Shown one piece after another: positions 26,360 to 36,300 of a DNA stretch of 64,000 bases; within the stretch, counting starts at the first letter, position 1; each line of letters starts with the position of its first letter. Source of the DNA: Candidatus Woesearchaeota archaeon (GTDB lineage: Archaea; Nanobdellota; Nanobdellia; Woesearchaeales; SM23-78); contig JAHWIP010000003.1 of assembly GCA_019322375.1 (NCBI GenBank), positions 6,792 to 70,791 of the forward strand, given 5' to 3'. The translations under genes were made by a program, and so were the position numbers. Below the pieces are notes generated by a model. The model saw only the letters and a list, made by a program, of their open reading frames with translations. It made no database searches and had not been told where the DNA came from.

Positions 26360-27526
26360 TCATACTTTTTCAACCACCACAACCTCATACCTCTGCTTGC
26401 CAGCCCAGAGTTCATATTCTTTTATTAATTTGAAGGCCTTGGTTATCATTTGTTTGAGCAGGCTGGTGTTTTCTGTTAACAAAACCATTAATCCTTGCTT
26501 TTTCATCACAAACTCTGCTTGGTAAAACAATTCTTTGTAAAGCTTGGTTATGAATGATTTAGATGTGTGCTTGCTTGGGCATGGTATTCTTGAGGCAATA
26601 ATATCAACACTTGCCTTGTCTAGCTTGGTGTCAAGCCATTCAACATCCATTTTAGAGAATCCAATGATTTTATCAACTCCTGCAAGCTTTGAGTTCTTTT
26701 TAGAAGCCTCAACATTTCTTAGCATTGAATCCAGGCCTAATATATTTAACTTTGTTTTTGTATCTGCTTTTGAATCAAGTTTTTTAAAAAAACCATCCCA
26801 GTTATTTTTTTTGTATGGCTTTAGTTTTTTAAAAGCAAAATCCTTTGAATAATAATTAACACTTAGCTTGGAGGCATAAAGAGCAGCTTCTATGCACACA
26901 AGCCCTGACTTGCAAATAACATCAACCAACTTCTTTTTGCCATCAAACCCTGCAATCCTTGAAATGGCATAGCTAAGATTAGCATTAACAATTCCTGGTG
27001 CAGAAAAGATTTTGTACTGGCGCTTGCTTAAATCCCTGCCAATCAGGTCAACTCCAAGATAAGCCTTGTTATTGTTTATAAAAACATAAAAAATAGTATC
27101 AGGCGATTCCATTTTAGCCTTAGGAGCAAAGCCAAGCTCTTTTTTCACTCTTAAAATGATTTTTTCTCCCAAGTCCTGCTCAACAGTGCTGCTCCCAAAT
27201 CTGTGCCTGCCCATGCGCTTGCACTCAACCTTAAAAGTGGTGTTTTTATCAAACCACTCCTTAAACTTGATTTTATTTATTTCTTTCTCAAACTTTGATA
27301 ATAAGTCTTTAGACTCTTTAAACTCAAAGTTTGCAAATAATAATAAAACTCTTTCAATGCTCTGGGCAAAGTAGCAGAACTTAAACAAATCCTGAAAGGA
27401 TTTGCAATTAAAAATAACAGCGCAATCCTCTGCTTTTACTTCTTTACCTTTGACCTTTATAAGTTCATCTAGTTCTAAGAGAGCAATCCTTTCTAAGCCT
27501 TTGTCAGTGATGGTGAAGGCTTGCAT
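26360..27526 (-). CDS. THUMP-domain RNA (tRNA guanine-N2-type) methyltransferase
   Basis: N-terminal THUMP-like region. RQYKIFSAPGIVNANLSYAISRIAG resembles the UPF0020 methylase entry motif. Confidence 0.6.
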   Translation of the reverse strand: MQAFTITDKGLERIALLELDELIKVKGKEVKAEDCAVIFNCKSFQDLFKFCYFAQSIERVLLLFANFEFKESKDLLSKFEKEINKIKFKEWFDKNTTFKVECKRMGRHRFGSSTVEQDLGEKIILRVKKELGFAPKAKMESPDTIFYVFINNNKAYLGVDLIGRDLSKRQYKIFSAPGIVNANLSYAISRIAGFDGKKKLVDVICKSGLVCIEAALYASKLSVNYYSKDFAFKKLKPYKKNNWDGFFKKLDSKADTKTKLNILGLDSMLRNVEASKKNSKLAGVDKIIGFSKMDVEWLDTKLDKASVDIIASRIPCPSKHTSKSFITKLYKELFYQAEFVMKKQGLMVLLTENTSLLKQMITKAFKLIKEYELWAGKQRYEVVVVEKV

Positions 27527-27568
27527 GGTAAAAAAGAGAAAATCTGATGTTTATAAAAAGTTTGTTTA

Positions 27569-28780
27569 TTAGAGTAATTCTTCAGGAAAAGGATATTGCT
27601 CTTTTTCCCATATCTCTTTTCCATCACTAGATTTATAATAGTAATTAGCCAAGTAGTTCTCAGTAAAACAAACTACTAATTTATTAAACCAATAAAGATT
27701 GCAGGCTTCTGTTTTTTCTATTTTAAAGCAAACCAAGCCGTCATCCAAAACAACCTTTTCGATCTCTTCTTCAGGACATTCTTCATATTGGTATATACGT
27801 TTTAATACATTAAAGAGAAATAGTTTTTGCATTTGTTCAGGATTCTCTTCAAATAGTGTACTATTTCGGATAATTCTTTTCTCTCCTGTTTCTTCATTAG
27901 TTTTTAATAATAAATACTGGATATACTCTCCATTACAGAAGTAAGCATGTTCTTTATTAATTTCAATAGAAAACTCAGAGCCAGGGAAATAATTGTGTGT
28001 GGTTTGGTTAACTTTAAAGCAATCTTCAGAAGGATTTCCAAGATAACTGATTAATTCTGGATAAACCGACTCCTTGCAATCTCCTTCGCAGCCTTTGAGT
28101 TGCTCACTAATCTTAAAATCAAAAATTAATTGTTCAAAGGTTTTCTTTATATCATTAATTTGATTTGTATCTAATTCATATCCTACAAGCTTCCATCTAA
28201 CCAGATTTCCACAATGTCCTCCATAATCCTCATAATACATTAATTCATCATTATTATTAAAACATATCATAAAAGTCGGTTTATCTAATTCCAGAATAGA
28301 AAAACAGTTTATACCATTAATTGGAACTTTTGAAAAATGAATATCTAGCTTTGGTTGAAGCTTGTTCTTCAATATGTTAATGATTCTATCAATAGATAGT
28401 GGTGTAGTACGTAAACTAATTTCGTCAGATAAATTAACGTTTTCATATAAAGGTTCACACTCTTCATGGCTTTTACACGAATATTTTTCTTCATCTTTAT
28501 ATCCTTCGCGTCCATAAAAACCATCTATTTTATGAAATTCTACTAACCGACCATCTTCAAATCTTCCAGACATATTTTTTTCTATTGTTCCTCCTGACCA
28601 TGAGCATCTATAAAATTGTGTGAATTGATAATCACCTGGGATTCCAACAGATTCCAGTTTATCGTAGAATTCTTTATTCTCACCAACCAAATTAGAAGCA
28701 TCTTCTGGTGGCTTAGAACCACATCCAGTAATCAAGAAAAGAAGGCATATTATTAAGATTCCATTTAATATTTTGTGCAT
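27569..28780 (-). CDS. Putative lipoprotein, Cys-containing
   Basis: MHKILNGILIICLLFLITGCGS carries a lipobox-like LITGC. Confidence 0.5.
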   Translation of the reverse strand: MHKILNGILIICLLFLITGCGSKPPEDASNLVGENKEFYDKLESVGIPGDYQFTQFYRCSWSGGTIEKNMSGRFEDGRLVEFHKIDGFYGREGYKDEEKYSCKSHEECEPLYENVNLSDEISLRTTPLSIDRIINILKNKLQPKLDIHFSKVPINGINCFSILELDKPTFMICFNNNDELMYYEDYGGHCGNLVRWKLVGYELDTNQINDIKKTFEQLIFDFKISEQLKGCEGDCKESVYPELISYLGNPSEDCFKVNQTTHNYFPGSEFSIEINKEHAYFCNGEYIQYLLLKTNEETGEKRIIRNSTLFEENPEQMQKLFLFNVLKRIYQYEECPEEEIEKVVLDDGLVCFKIEKTEACNLYWFNKLVVCFTENYLANYYYKSSDGKEIWEKEQYPFPEELL

Positions 28781-28820
28781 ATTACATATTTATTTTCTTT
28801 TTTTAAATTATTTTCTATTA

Positions 28821-29609
28821 TTACTCCCCCAACCCCATCTCTTTTAGCACATAATCCTGCATGCTTCTGCTCTTCTTGTTTATACTTGAAAAATATTTTT
28901 CTCCTAGAAGAAGTCCTGCCACTCTTTCATACTCTTTGCTGGCTTTGCTTTTTGGATGGCTGTGAGTAACAGGATACTTTTTCTTTTGGGCTTTTCTCAC
29001 GCTTTTATCATAAGGTATTGCTCCGATAACAGGAATATTCAGGAGTTTTTCAACTTCATTAACTTTTAATTCGTGCTTATCCTCTTTGACTTTGTTAACA
29101 ACAACTCCAAGAATGGTTTTTCCAAGCTCCTGCGCTACCTGGATTGTTTTCTGGGCATCAAGCACAGAGCTGAGCTCAGGATTAATTATAATTAATACTT
29201 CATCACTTGCTTCTATTGCACTAATCGCTTCTCTGCTAAGCCCTGCTCCGCTGTCTAATAAGATAATATCTGCTTCTCCTTCAAGGTCTCTGATAGTGTT
29301 TTTTAGTTTTTCAAACTTTAATCTTTTTAAGTCATGCACATTGCTTATAGTGGGAACAAGCCTTAAGCCTGATTCATGAGTGTATATTGCTTGTTTTAGA
29401 GAAGCTTCATCTCTTAACACACTCATCAAAGTCTTTCTTAGAACAGGAGCTCCTAAATGGATATTAACATTAGGGGTTGTAAGATTAGCGTCCACTAATA
29501 ATGTTTTTTTATGCTTGCCCATGGCATGAGCCAGGCTAATGGCGCTGGTAGTCTTGCCTACTCCTCCTTTGCCACTAACAATGCAGATGTAACGGCTCAA
29601 AAAAAACAC
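28821..29609 (-). CDS. MinD/ParA-family P-loop ATPase
   Basis: IVSGKGGVGKTTSAISLAHAMGK is a deviant Walker A. ~260 aa. Confidence 0.8.
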   Translation of the reverse strand: MFFLSRYICIVSGKGGVGKTTSAISLAHAMGKHKKTLLVDANLTTPNVNIHLGAPVLRKTLMSVLRDEASLKQAIYTHESGLRLVPTISNVHDLKRLKFEKLKNTIRDLEGEADIILLDSGAGLSREAISAIEASDEVLIIINPELSSVLDAQKTIQVAQELGKTILGVVVNKVKEDKHELKVNEVEKLLNIPVIGAIPYDKSVRKAQKKKYPVTHSHPKSKASKEYERVAGLLLGEKYFSSINKKSRSMQDYVLKEMGLGE

Positions 29610-29623
29610 CTCTTTTTTTATGG

Positions 29624-30079
29624 TTACTCATTAACCTTGTTCTCAACCCATTCATGAAACTCTTTTATCATGTTATAGTAATCTGTTGCTATATCTATAT
29701 CCACTGTGACTTCTTTATCATCAATTATTGTTCTCAGAGTGACGTGCCGTCTGAATTCCTGCTCTTTTTTAGGATTAGTTTTAATAATCTTTCTTAGTAA
29801 AAAGTAGAGCTCCATGTTCTTCTGAACAATATCATCTGTAAAGAGCTGTTTTACAAGATTGCCTTTTTCCAAAGGGGTCTTGGGTATGTGCTCTTCTAGT
29901 CTCATTTTTTTATCAACAGCCAGTTTTAACAAGCAGTCTATCAAGCAGTTATAAGCATCTATCATTCTGCCAATAGTATTCATAAGCACATCCACTGTTC
30001 TTGTGTATTTCAAACTAACATATATCTGGTGGTCTACTCTTTTCAGCTCATCAAGGGCTTCTTGTAAAGATTCTTTCAT
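29624..30079 (-). CDS. Hypothetical helical protein (paralog of 30051-30545)
   Basis: LDELKRVDHQIYVSLKYT here versus LQKIKVADHMLFMTYPLV in the neighbour. Overlapping gene ends. Confidence 0.45.
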   Translation of the reverse strand: MKESLQEALDELKRVDHQIYVSLKYTRTVDVLMNTIGRMIDAYNCLIDCLLKLAVDKKMRLEEHIPKTPLEKGNLVKQLFTDDIVQKNMELYFLLRKIIKTNPKKEQEFRRHVTLRTIIDDKEVTVDIDIATDYYNMIKEFHEWVENKVNE

Positions 30080-30545
30080 GCTGGCTCACGATTTTGTTTA
30101 TATTATCCACAAAAACCTTGGTTTCAAAAATATATTTTTTTACCAGGTTAATATCAATGGTTTTTAAGCTGTAGCTAGGAGAGCAGATAACAAACTTGTC
30201 TTTTCTTGCGAATTCAACAGGGCTTTTTTTATGCTCAGAGATTATTGTTCTTACATCATTTATCAGCTTGGCATGGCTTGGGCTGAGCTTGTACCTGGGC
30301 ACCATCTTGCTCTTAAAAATATCAAACCTGGAAGGGAAGGTATCATGATAAGGAGGAATCCTCTTAAACAGTCTTTCATGCTGCAATAAAGCACTCATGC
30401 CAAAATCAAGGCTTGCAAATATATTTTCAATAATAGCCAGCAATAACTTAGGGTCTTTTACCAGGGGATAAGTCATAAAAAGCATGTGGTCAGCTACTTT
30501 TATCTTTTGTAGAGCCTTATCTCTCAGAATCTGGAATTCTTCCAT
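30051..30545 (-). CDS. Hypothetical helical protein (paralog of 29624-30079)
   Basis: See 29624-30079. It is first in the apparent operon with the MinD-like gene. Confidence 0.45.
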   Translation of the reverse strand: MEEFQILRDKALQKIKVADHMLFMTYPLVKDPKLLLAIIENIFASLDFGMSALLQHERLFKRIPPYHDTFPSRFDIFKSKMVPRYKLSPSHAKLINDVRTIISEHKKSPVEFARKDKFVICSPSYSLKTIDINLVKKYIFETKVFVDNINKIVSQHERIFTRSP

Positions 30546-30634
30546 GCTAATTCATTTCACCCTCAAGAATATTAAGCACAGAAAGTATATAAATCTTTGT
30601 GTTGGGAAGTATTTCTTTGTGTTAAGAACTAGTT

Positions 30635-30976
30635 TTACTCCTTCTTCAACTTTAAAATAGCTTCTGCAAGGTCTCCTTTGCATTCCTCAATAGCAGCTTT
30701 AGCATCCTTTTCAGAAGCATCTGTCTGCTCCATCACAGTTTTGACATCATCATCACTAATATCAGGTGTAGAATCAAGTTCTCTGATCTCTTCTTCACCA
30801 ACAACCTGGTAAGTCTGTTGCCCCATCATGTTAACCTTGGACACACTAGGGTTAGAAATAACAATCTCTTTGTCCTCAAGCTTAATAATAACTTCTTTAG
30901 CATCTATTTCCTGCTGCTGAATACCCATACGTTTCATGGCCTGCTTCATTTGTCTAGGATTCATACCCGGGATCAT
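30635..30976 (-). CDS. nac: Nascent polypeptide-associated complex protein (archaeal NAC alpha)
   Basis: MIPGMNPRQMKQAMKRMGIQQQEIDAKEVIIKL start and a C-terminal UBA-like AAIEECKGDLAEAILKL. Confidence 0.85.
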   Translation of the reverse strand: MIPGMNPRQMKQAMKRMGIQQQEIDAKEVIIKLEDKEIVISNPSVSKVNMMGQQTYQVVGEEEIRELDSTPDISDDDVKTVMEQTDASEKDAKAAIEECKGDLAEAILKLKKE

Positions 30977-30992
30977 TTAAACACCTCTTAAT

Positions 30993-31160
30993 CTAAAAGC
31001 CTCCACCTTGAAGATGAAGAATAATAACAATAATAACAACAAGAATTACAAGAACAATTACATGCTCTGGCTTGAACTCAATCTTAGACTTATAATCATC
31101 AAAATACCTGGTAATACCTGCTCCTGAGCTAGGCATCTGAATCTTGTCTTGTTTTCCCAT
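30993..31160 (-). CDS. secG: Preprotein translocase subunit Sec61-beta (archaeal SecG), 55 aa, missed by the ORF track
   Basis: MGKQDKIQMPSSGAGITRYFDDYKSKIEFKPEHVIVLVILVVIIVIILHLQGGGF. The SGAGI.RYFDD motif plus a single C-terminal TM is diagnostic. Confidence 0.75.
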   Translation of the reverse strand: MGKQDKIQMPSSGAGITRYFDDYKSKIEFKPEHVIVLVILVVIIVIILHLQGGGF

Positions 31161-31195
31161 AGTTTTAAGGAGTTAAAAGGTGTTTAAAAAGGTTA

Positions 31196-31633
31196 TTATT
31201 TAAACAGATGTTCTTTTATTTTTTCAATCCTTTTTTGGTTGCATTCTATTATTTCTAATTCACACATATTTATGAATTCATTTATGGTTTCAAGGTTTGG
31301 AGGCTTTGGCTTTTTTAGATAGTACTGTGTGTTAATTCTGTTTTCTTTTAAGCCTTCAAGGAAATCTGTGAATCTTTTGAGTCTTTCATAGTGTTGTGTT
31401 AGAAGAATACTGCATGAATGTATTTCGCTTTTGATCCCATACCTAATGAGTAAAGCAGATAACGCATTGTAGCATGCATAATAAGAGATTATTACCTTCC
31501 AAATAGGATTTTGTCTTTCTATGTTTTCCTGGTCTAATTTTGCTCTTTTAAGGTATGAATCTGAAAGGTTTTTGTTTGGATGAATTAGTTTTATTCCTTT
31601 TGGTTGTTTTAAGCACCATTTTAATTGTTCCAT
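31196..31633 (-). CDS. HEPN-domain protein (partner of the upstream nucleotidyltransferase)
   Basis: 145 aa, helical. YYACYNALSALLIRYGIKSEIHS pattern. 13-nt overlap with the MNT gene. Confidence 0.6.
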   Translation of the reverse strand: MEQLKWCLKQPKGIKLIHPNKNLSDSYLKRAKLDQENIERQNPIWKVIISYYACYNALSALLIRYGIKSEIHSCSILLTQHYERLKRFTDFLEGLKENRINTQYYLKKPKPPNLETINEFINMCELEIIECNQKRIEKIKEHLFK

Positions 31634-32199
31634 TCCAGCACCATTTTTGCGAATTCATTATAATTACCAAACAAGACATGGTTTTTTATTACCTCAACTG
31701 CTAATGTATTCTTGTTTTTATAGAGTTTCCTGAATTCGTTTAAGGTGATGAAATGAGCATGTGCTTTATTAATCTTGCCAAGAATTTTTCGTATTTTTTG
31801 ACTTTTTTTCGCAAAAATTACTAAATCCAAGTCTGAATCTTTTATATTGGTTTTTAAGGCGTGACTCCCGAATATTACAAAATCTGCTTCTTTATGAAGT
31901 TCAGTTAAGATTGGTTTTAATAAAGGGTTTTTCTCTAGGAATTCCAGAGCTCTGTATGTTTCTGTCATTGTAAGGACAAATTCTGTGTTAAGGTTCTTTT
32001 TTAGGAAGTATTGTTTTATTTTTCCTTTAATTTCATAATCAAGAATGTTGTTTTCAACCAGCCCGCTTAGTTCTTTGCTGATTATTTTAATATCTGTCTT
32101 TGTAATCCTTTCTAGTTCTCTCATATAAGCTTCTTTTTTTTCTTTTTCAATAAGAGCCTGCATTATTTTAAAAATATTATTGTTGAATTTATTCATCAT
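31621..32199 (-). CDS. Minimal nucleotidyltransferase (MNT) with an N-terminal wHTH-like region
   Basis: DFVIFGSHALKTNIKDSDLDLVIF matches the GS...D.D nucleotidyltransferase motif. Confidence 0.65.
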   Translation of the reverse strand: MMNKFNNNIFKIMQALIEKEKKEAYMRELERITKTDIKIISKELSGLVENNILDYEIKGKIKQYFLKKNLNTEFVLTMTETYRALEFLEKNPLLKPILTELHKEADFVIFGSHALKTNIKDSDLDLVIFAKKSQKIRKILGKINKAHAHFITLNEFRKLYKNKNTLAVEVIKNHVLFGNYNEFAKMVLEWNN

Positions 32200-32266
32200 A
32201 TGTTGAAATAATTCAACAAAGTTTATAAATTTTGCTGAAAATTGATGCGTAATTTAGAAAACTTAA

Positions 32267-32626
32267 GGTAGAGCAGTTATAAGCCGCCTTTTGTCAGCCT
32301 CCACGTCTTGCATGGGCAGGCTGTGCTTAACATTCTACTAAGCGTCTCAAAGGACTTGCACCAGTGAGGACTCGCCGTTTCACCCATTCCCATGGCTTAA
32401 AGCGGTCGGGTTGTTAACTCGCGCCCTGTTGCCAGAGTGCTTCATTACCCTCATTCCTATCCATAGGTGGTCTCGTTTCTGAGCCGTTGCCCTGGCTTTC
32501 ACCAGCTAGCTTCCACTAGTCACTTTTCATGGTGGGCGGACTTTCCTAAGCAGAACAAGTCAAAACCGCGCCTTTGAAAGCGCAGGAAATGATAGGTCCT
32601 ACCTGCTGTTAAGCCACTGCCCTACC
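32267..32626 (-). ncRNA. rnpB: RNase P RNA, archaeal type A
   Basis: On the minus strand: P1 pairing GGTAGGGCAGT (5') with ACTGCTCTACC (3'). CR-I GGAAAGTCCGCCC, GGGTGAAACGGCG, and CR-V ACAAAAGGCGGCTTATA. A G+C-rich island with no ORF. Confidence 0.85.
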
Positions 32627-32754
32627 TGTGCATAAGAGGGTTTTAAGGGTTTAAAAAGCTTATCTTTTTTCGCCTCTATAGTAACATTTAAATACTAATA
32701 ATTTCAAGGATAAGAGATAGGATTTAATACTTAAAAAAATAGAGGTGATTATCC

Positions 32755-33042
32755 ATGGATAAAAAAGCCCAGGGTCTGAGTATGAATGTTATTATAATAG
32801 CAGCAATAGCTCTTTTAGTGCTTATCATTCTTGCTGTTCTTATCCTGAGAGCAGGTAAAGGAGTGACTGAAGGTACAGGGTGCAGAGGTGTTGGAGGAAT
32901 TTGTTATTCTAGCTGCACAGACTTGATTGAGGACAGAGGCGGAATGTGGGTTAAGAATCTTCCTAACAGCGGAAAGAATGGTGGCTGTTCAATAGACCAG
33001 GTTTGCTGTGTTGAACTATTAGAAACACCTGAGGATTACTAA
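32755..33042 (+). CDS. Type IV pilin-like protein with a six-Cys module (paralog A)
   Basis: GAGGTGA lies 6 nt upstream. MDKKAQG-LSMNVIIIAAIALLVLIILAVLIL. Module CRGVGGICYSSC...GGCSIDQVCCVE. Confidence 0.7.
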   Translation: MDKKAQGLSMNVIIIAAIALLVLIILAVLILRAGKGVTEGTGCRGVGGICYSSCTDLIEDRGGMWVKNLPNSGKNGGCSIDQVCCVELLETPEDY

Positions 33043-33044
33043 AA

Positions 33045-33335
33045 ATGAAGTTCTTGAATAATAAGAAAGGAGTCCAGCTAACCCTTTCTACAGTGGTTAT
33101 TGCAGTGCTTGTAATCATTGTGCTCATAGTGTTGATAGTGATTTTTACCCAGGGAACAGGCTTGTTCAACATAGGAATAACCAGCTGCGCTGATAGGGGA
33201 GGTAATTGTAATTACGAATCAGCAGATCAATGCGTTGATACTGGCGGCAGTGTTTACAGGTTTGGCAAGTGCACCGACGGGGTTTGCTGTATTCCTAAGG
33301 ACAAGCTTTCAGGGCAAGATGATAATCAAGACTAA
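33045..33335 (+). CDS. Type IV pilin-like protein with a six-Cys module (paralog B)
   Basis: MKFLNNKKG-VQLTLSTVVIAVLVIIVLIVLIV. Module SCADRGGNCNYESADQC...GKCTDGVCCIP. Confidence 0.7.
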   Translation: MKFLNNKKGVQLTLSTVVIAVLVIIVLIVLIVIFTQGTGLFNIGITSCADRGGNCNYESADQCVDTGGSVYRFGKCTDGVCCIPKDKLSGQDDNQD

Positions 33336-35157
33336 TAAGAAGAGGGCTGAGCTCACTATAACCCAAGTAGTACTCATGGTTCTGGGTGTAGTTGTTCTTA
33401 TTGTGCTGCTTTTTGTTTTGAAAATAATACCCACAGGAATTAGAAGTCTTACGAGCTGCTCTGACTGGGGGCAGTGCAGGCCAGGAAATGTTTGCGCACC
33501 AAATGAATACATAAAATTTGAAGCAAAGGATGACTGTCCTGCAAACCATGTGTGCTGCGTGCCTACAACCACAAGGCCAGGACCTCTTCAGGATTTTAAT
33601 GAAAAAGAGCTTGAATACCTGAGAAATGCTATTATCATAAAGCTTAACAATGACCCTACGCCTATAAGCGATGTAGCAAGCCTTAACTTAAAAGTTGATA
33701 CTAATTATACATTTCGTATAAGTATTAATGATAAGCTCACCAAGGATAAAAAAACAAGTGAAAAGCTTGGCCCTTGCGCTGTTTATGTGGTTGACACAAG
33801 AGAAGCAGGCAAGAAATATTTATTAACAAATAAAGGCTGGGACTTGATTCTTTCTGACAAAGAGATTGATTTGAGCGGCATAGAGCTGGCTGAGTGCACT
33901 GAAGAAAGCATTAGGTTAAAAAAATATTCTCCTTCACTAAATGATGTTTACAAGGACTTGGTGCTGTATGTTATTCTTTTGGATAAGGAAGTTGTTGATG
34001 CACTTGAAGTATTAGAAACACACGACCCTGGCTTTGTTAAACTAACTGCTCCTGGGTTTGGCAGTGGAATTAATCTCCCTGATAGGGGGATGGCAGCTTT
34101 TTATAATCTCACAACAATGTACAGCAATGTTGACCACTGGCTTGCTTACAGAGCCATAAGACTTAATGTTGAGCCAGTAGTCCAGATTAGTGGTATGAGC
34201 GGAATATGGGTTGACAAGGACCCAATAACCATATCCTGCCCTGATGTTACCTGCATCAGGTTTGGCTTAAAACTAGTGAAACTAAAAGACAATGATTATT
34301 TACAGTTGGTAGAAGAGTGCAAGAAGCCAGAAGGCTTTAAGTACACTCTTGATTATGTTGCAGGAACAACAACAAAAACAACAGGCATACCATTGAACAT
34401 TAATATTGGAGGTTTCAGGATTCCTCCTCAAAGACAAAAACTCCAGTACATTGTAAGCCAAAAACCAATAACTGTTGTTAATAATAAAGCAGATGTTTTG
34501 ATTGACAGGGCTACCATGCTAAAAACCTTTTACTCAGGAGACCACGAGTTATTAATCGAGGACACTACTTATCTTTGCGTAGAAGCCACCAAGGATGACG
34601 GCTCAAAGGTTCATGGGCTCTCAGAGCAGCCTATTAAAGTGGATGTTTTTCCGCCCATGGTTGACCCTGACAAGGATGTGCAGTTATTTTATCCAGACCC
34701 AGTGATCTCATCAGACATATCAACCCCTTATTATTACAGGAAGTACCCTAAGATTGTTGTTTCTGGATGCTATGATTATGGCCAGAGCGGATGCACTAAT
34801 TATGATTACTATATTCATTCAGGAGAATTTGTTAATCTAAGGTCTCTGACAGCAGAGTGGGAGATAGGAATTGCTTCTTTGATACTAACAGAGGGCTTGA
34901 ATGCCCTGCTCACTTATTTTGCAGAAAAAGATGCTGTCAACACTATATGCCCGTTTATAACCAGCCATTCTTACACAAGAAACACCCGCAATGAGATAAG
35001 AATCCCAAGGCAAGGGCAGGGCATAATATGCATCAGGGTTAGTGACAAAGTAGGCAACAAAGACATTATCTGGAAGGTGCTCTGGACACCTGAAGAGATG
35101 TTCAAGAAAATTATTGCAGAAGGAGTGGCAGAGGCAGAAGAAGCAGTGACTGGATAG
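33319..35157 (+). CDS. Large pilin-like protein: class III-type N-terminus, six-Cys module, ~530-aa unassigned ectodomain
   Basis: The track start 33235 lies inside the previous gene. ATG 33319 gives MIIKTNKKRA-ELTITQVVLMVLGVVVLIVLLFVL, then SCSDWGQCRPGNVC...DCPANHVCCVP. Confidence 0.65.
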   Translation: MIIKTNKKRAELTITQVVLMVLGVVVLIVLLFVLKIIPTGIRSLTSCSDWGQCRPGNVCAPNEYIKFEAKDDCPANHVCCVPTTTRPGPLQDFNEKELEYLRNAIIIKLNNDPTPISDVASLNLKVDTNYTFRISINDKLTKDKKTSEKLGPCAVYVVDTREAGKKYLLTNKGWDLILSDKEIDLSGIELAECTEESIRLKKYSPSLNDVYKDLVLYVILLDKEVVDALEVLETHDPGFVKLTAPGFGSGINLPDRGMAAFYNLTTMYSNVDHWLAYRAIRLNVEPVVQISGMSGIWVDKDPITISCPDVTCIRFGLKLVKLKDNDYLQLVEECKKPEGFKYTLDYVAGTTTKTTGIPLNINIGGFRIPPQRQKLQYIVSQKPITVVNNKADVLIDRATMLKTFYSGDHELLIEDTTYLCVEATKDDGSKVHGLSEQPIKVDVFPPMVDPDKDVQLFYPDPVISSDISTPYYYRKYPKIVVSGCYDYGQSGCTNYDYYIHSGEFVNLRSLTAEWEIGIASLILTEGLNALLTYFAEKDAVNTICPFITSHSYTRNTRNEIRIPRQGQGIICIRVSDKVGNKDIIWKVLWTPEEMFKKIIAEGVAEAEEAVTG

Positions 35158-35229
35158 CAAGTTAACTTAACATCTCCCTTCTTAATAAAACCGAAAGTTT
35201 ATTATAATTCTGTTATGATAGATTAGGAT

Positions 35230-35334
35230 ATGAAAAAAGGAGATTTGTCAACACTGGCAACTGTTATAATTATATTATTAACTCTTGTGTTTATAATCTT
35301 TATTTTCGGAAGAATCTATGGGTGGTGGGGTTGA
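35230..35334 (+). CDS. 34-aa helix-only micro-pilin-like ORF
   Basis: MKKG-DLSTLATVIIILLTLVFIIFIFGRIYGWWG. Ends 5 nt before the ATG of the next pilin-like gene. Below the track cutoff. Confidence 0.45.
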   Translation: MKKGDLSTLATVIIILLTLVFIIFIFGRIYGWWG

Positions 35335-35339
35335 AAAGG

Positions 35340-36299
35340 ATGAGCAGGATTAATAAAAAAGCAGGATTAAGCACATTACAAACAATTATCATTATCCTGC
35401 TCATATTTGTTGTTCTATTAATCTTTTACCAGGACTTAAGAGCAACTCTGTTAAAAAAATCTAACAGAGAGATATGCAGGGCTACTGCTCTTGCCCAGTC
35501 TGTTGCTGTGTGGGCGCCTGAAGGAGAGAATTTGGTTAGTCTTGAATGCAAGACTTACAAGGTTGTGTTTTTTGAAGACCATGTTGAGATTAATGATGAA
35601 ATAATTGAGGTGTATGACCCCAGGAAAAAAGATGTTGTTAAAAAGTTTAATGGCTTAACAGAGGACATTGTTAACTGGGTGATTGCAGAGGAGCTCAGAT
35701 GGTGCTGGTGGCAGTTTCTTGAAGGAAAAAAAAGCTTGTTAAACATGAAGAACTTTTTTGGCTCAGCAGAAAGAACCTGTTTTTTATGCACTGAAATAAC
35801 TTTTGATGAATCAGTTAAGACTGATGAATTCAAAAACTTCTTTAAGTACACCAAGGAAAAAACAATGCCTAATTCTGAAATGACTTATTACCAGTACTAT
35901 GCTGAGGAGCCCAGGAAGTGCATCTGGAGGTATGAAGAGATTATTGATGCAGATAATTGCTGGGAAGCCTATGCACAGGGCATCTCGCCTAATATAATAA
36001 CCAGCACTGTACAGCATTTTAAAGAGGCATTTAGCCATTGCTCAGGCATAATACCTGCTCTTTCAACTTACTGGTCTTCTGTAACGCATTATAGTGTTGT
36101 TAAAAACATAACCTTTGAGAAAGATAAAAAGTATGCTGTGACTTTTGTAAGGGAAGGAGCAACCTCAAGGCATCTTGAGCTAGAAAAATTAGTAAAAGGA
36201 GAGACTGATTGTTTTTTTGAAACTTATTTTTCATATGTAATCCCTTCTGATGAACTAGGAAAGCACTGCGGCCCTGTGAGAAGAGGCTCTATGAAATAA
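35340..36299 (+). CDS. Pilin-like Cys-containing protein (paralog of 36301-37197)
   Basis: ATG 35340 gives MSRINKKAG-LSTLQTIIIILLIFVVLLIF. Shared blocks with its neighbour: IAEELRWCWWQF/IADSLKTCWGTW, TCFLCTEITFDE/YCHVCSVIDFDD, KYAVTFV/PYAVMFV. Confidence 0.65.
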   Translation: MSRINKKAGLSTLQTIIIILLIFVVLLIFYQDLRATLLKKSNREICRATALAQSVAVWAPEGENLVSLECKTYKVVFFEDHVEINDEIIEVYDPRKKDVVKKFNGLTEDIVNWVIAEELRWCWWQFLEGKKSLLNMKNFFGSAERTCFLCTEITFDESVKTDEFKNFFKYTKEKTMPNSEMTYYQYYAEEPRKCIWRYEEIIDADNCWEAYAQGISPNIITSTVQHFKEAFSHCSGIIPALSTYWSSVTHYSVVKNITFEKDKKYAVTFVREGATSRHLELEKLVKGETDCFFETYFSYVIPSDELGKHCGPVRRGSMK

Positions 36300-36300
36300 A

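Noticed and set aside
33235-33318. Upstream extensions of several track ORFs (e.g. 33235, 35322, 38353, 46636, 13825, 15630, 19510, 23151)
   Set aside because: The extensions overlap the preceding gene or lack a ribosome-binding motif. Internal ATGs give canonical N-termini (a pilin leader, or a known family start) and sit behind GGTGA/GGAGG motifs.
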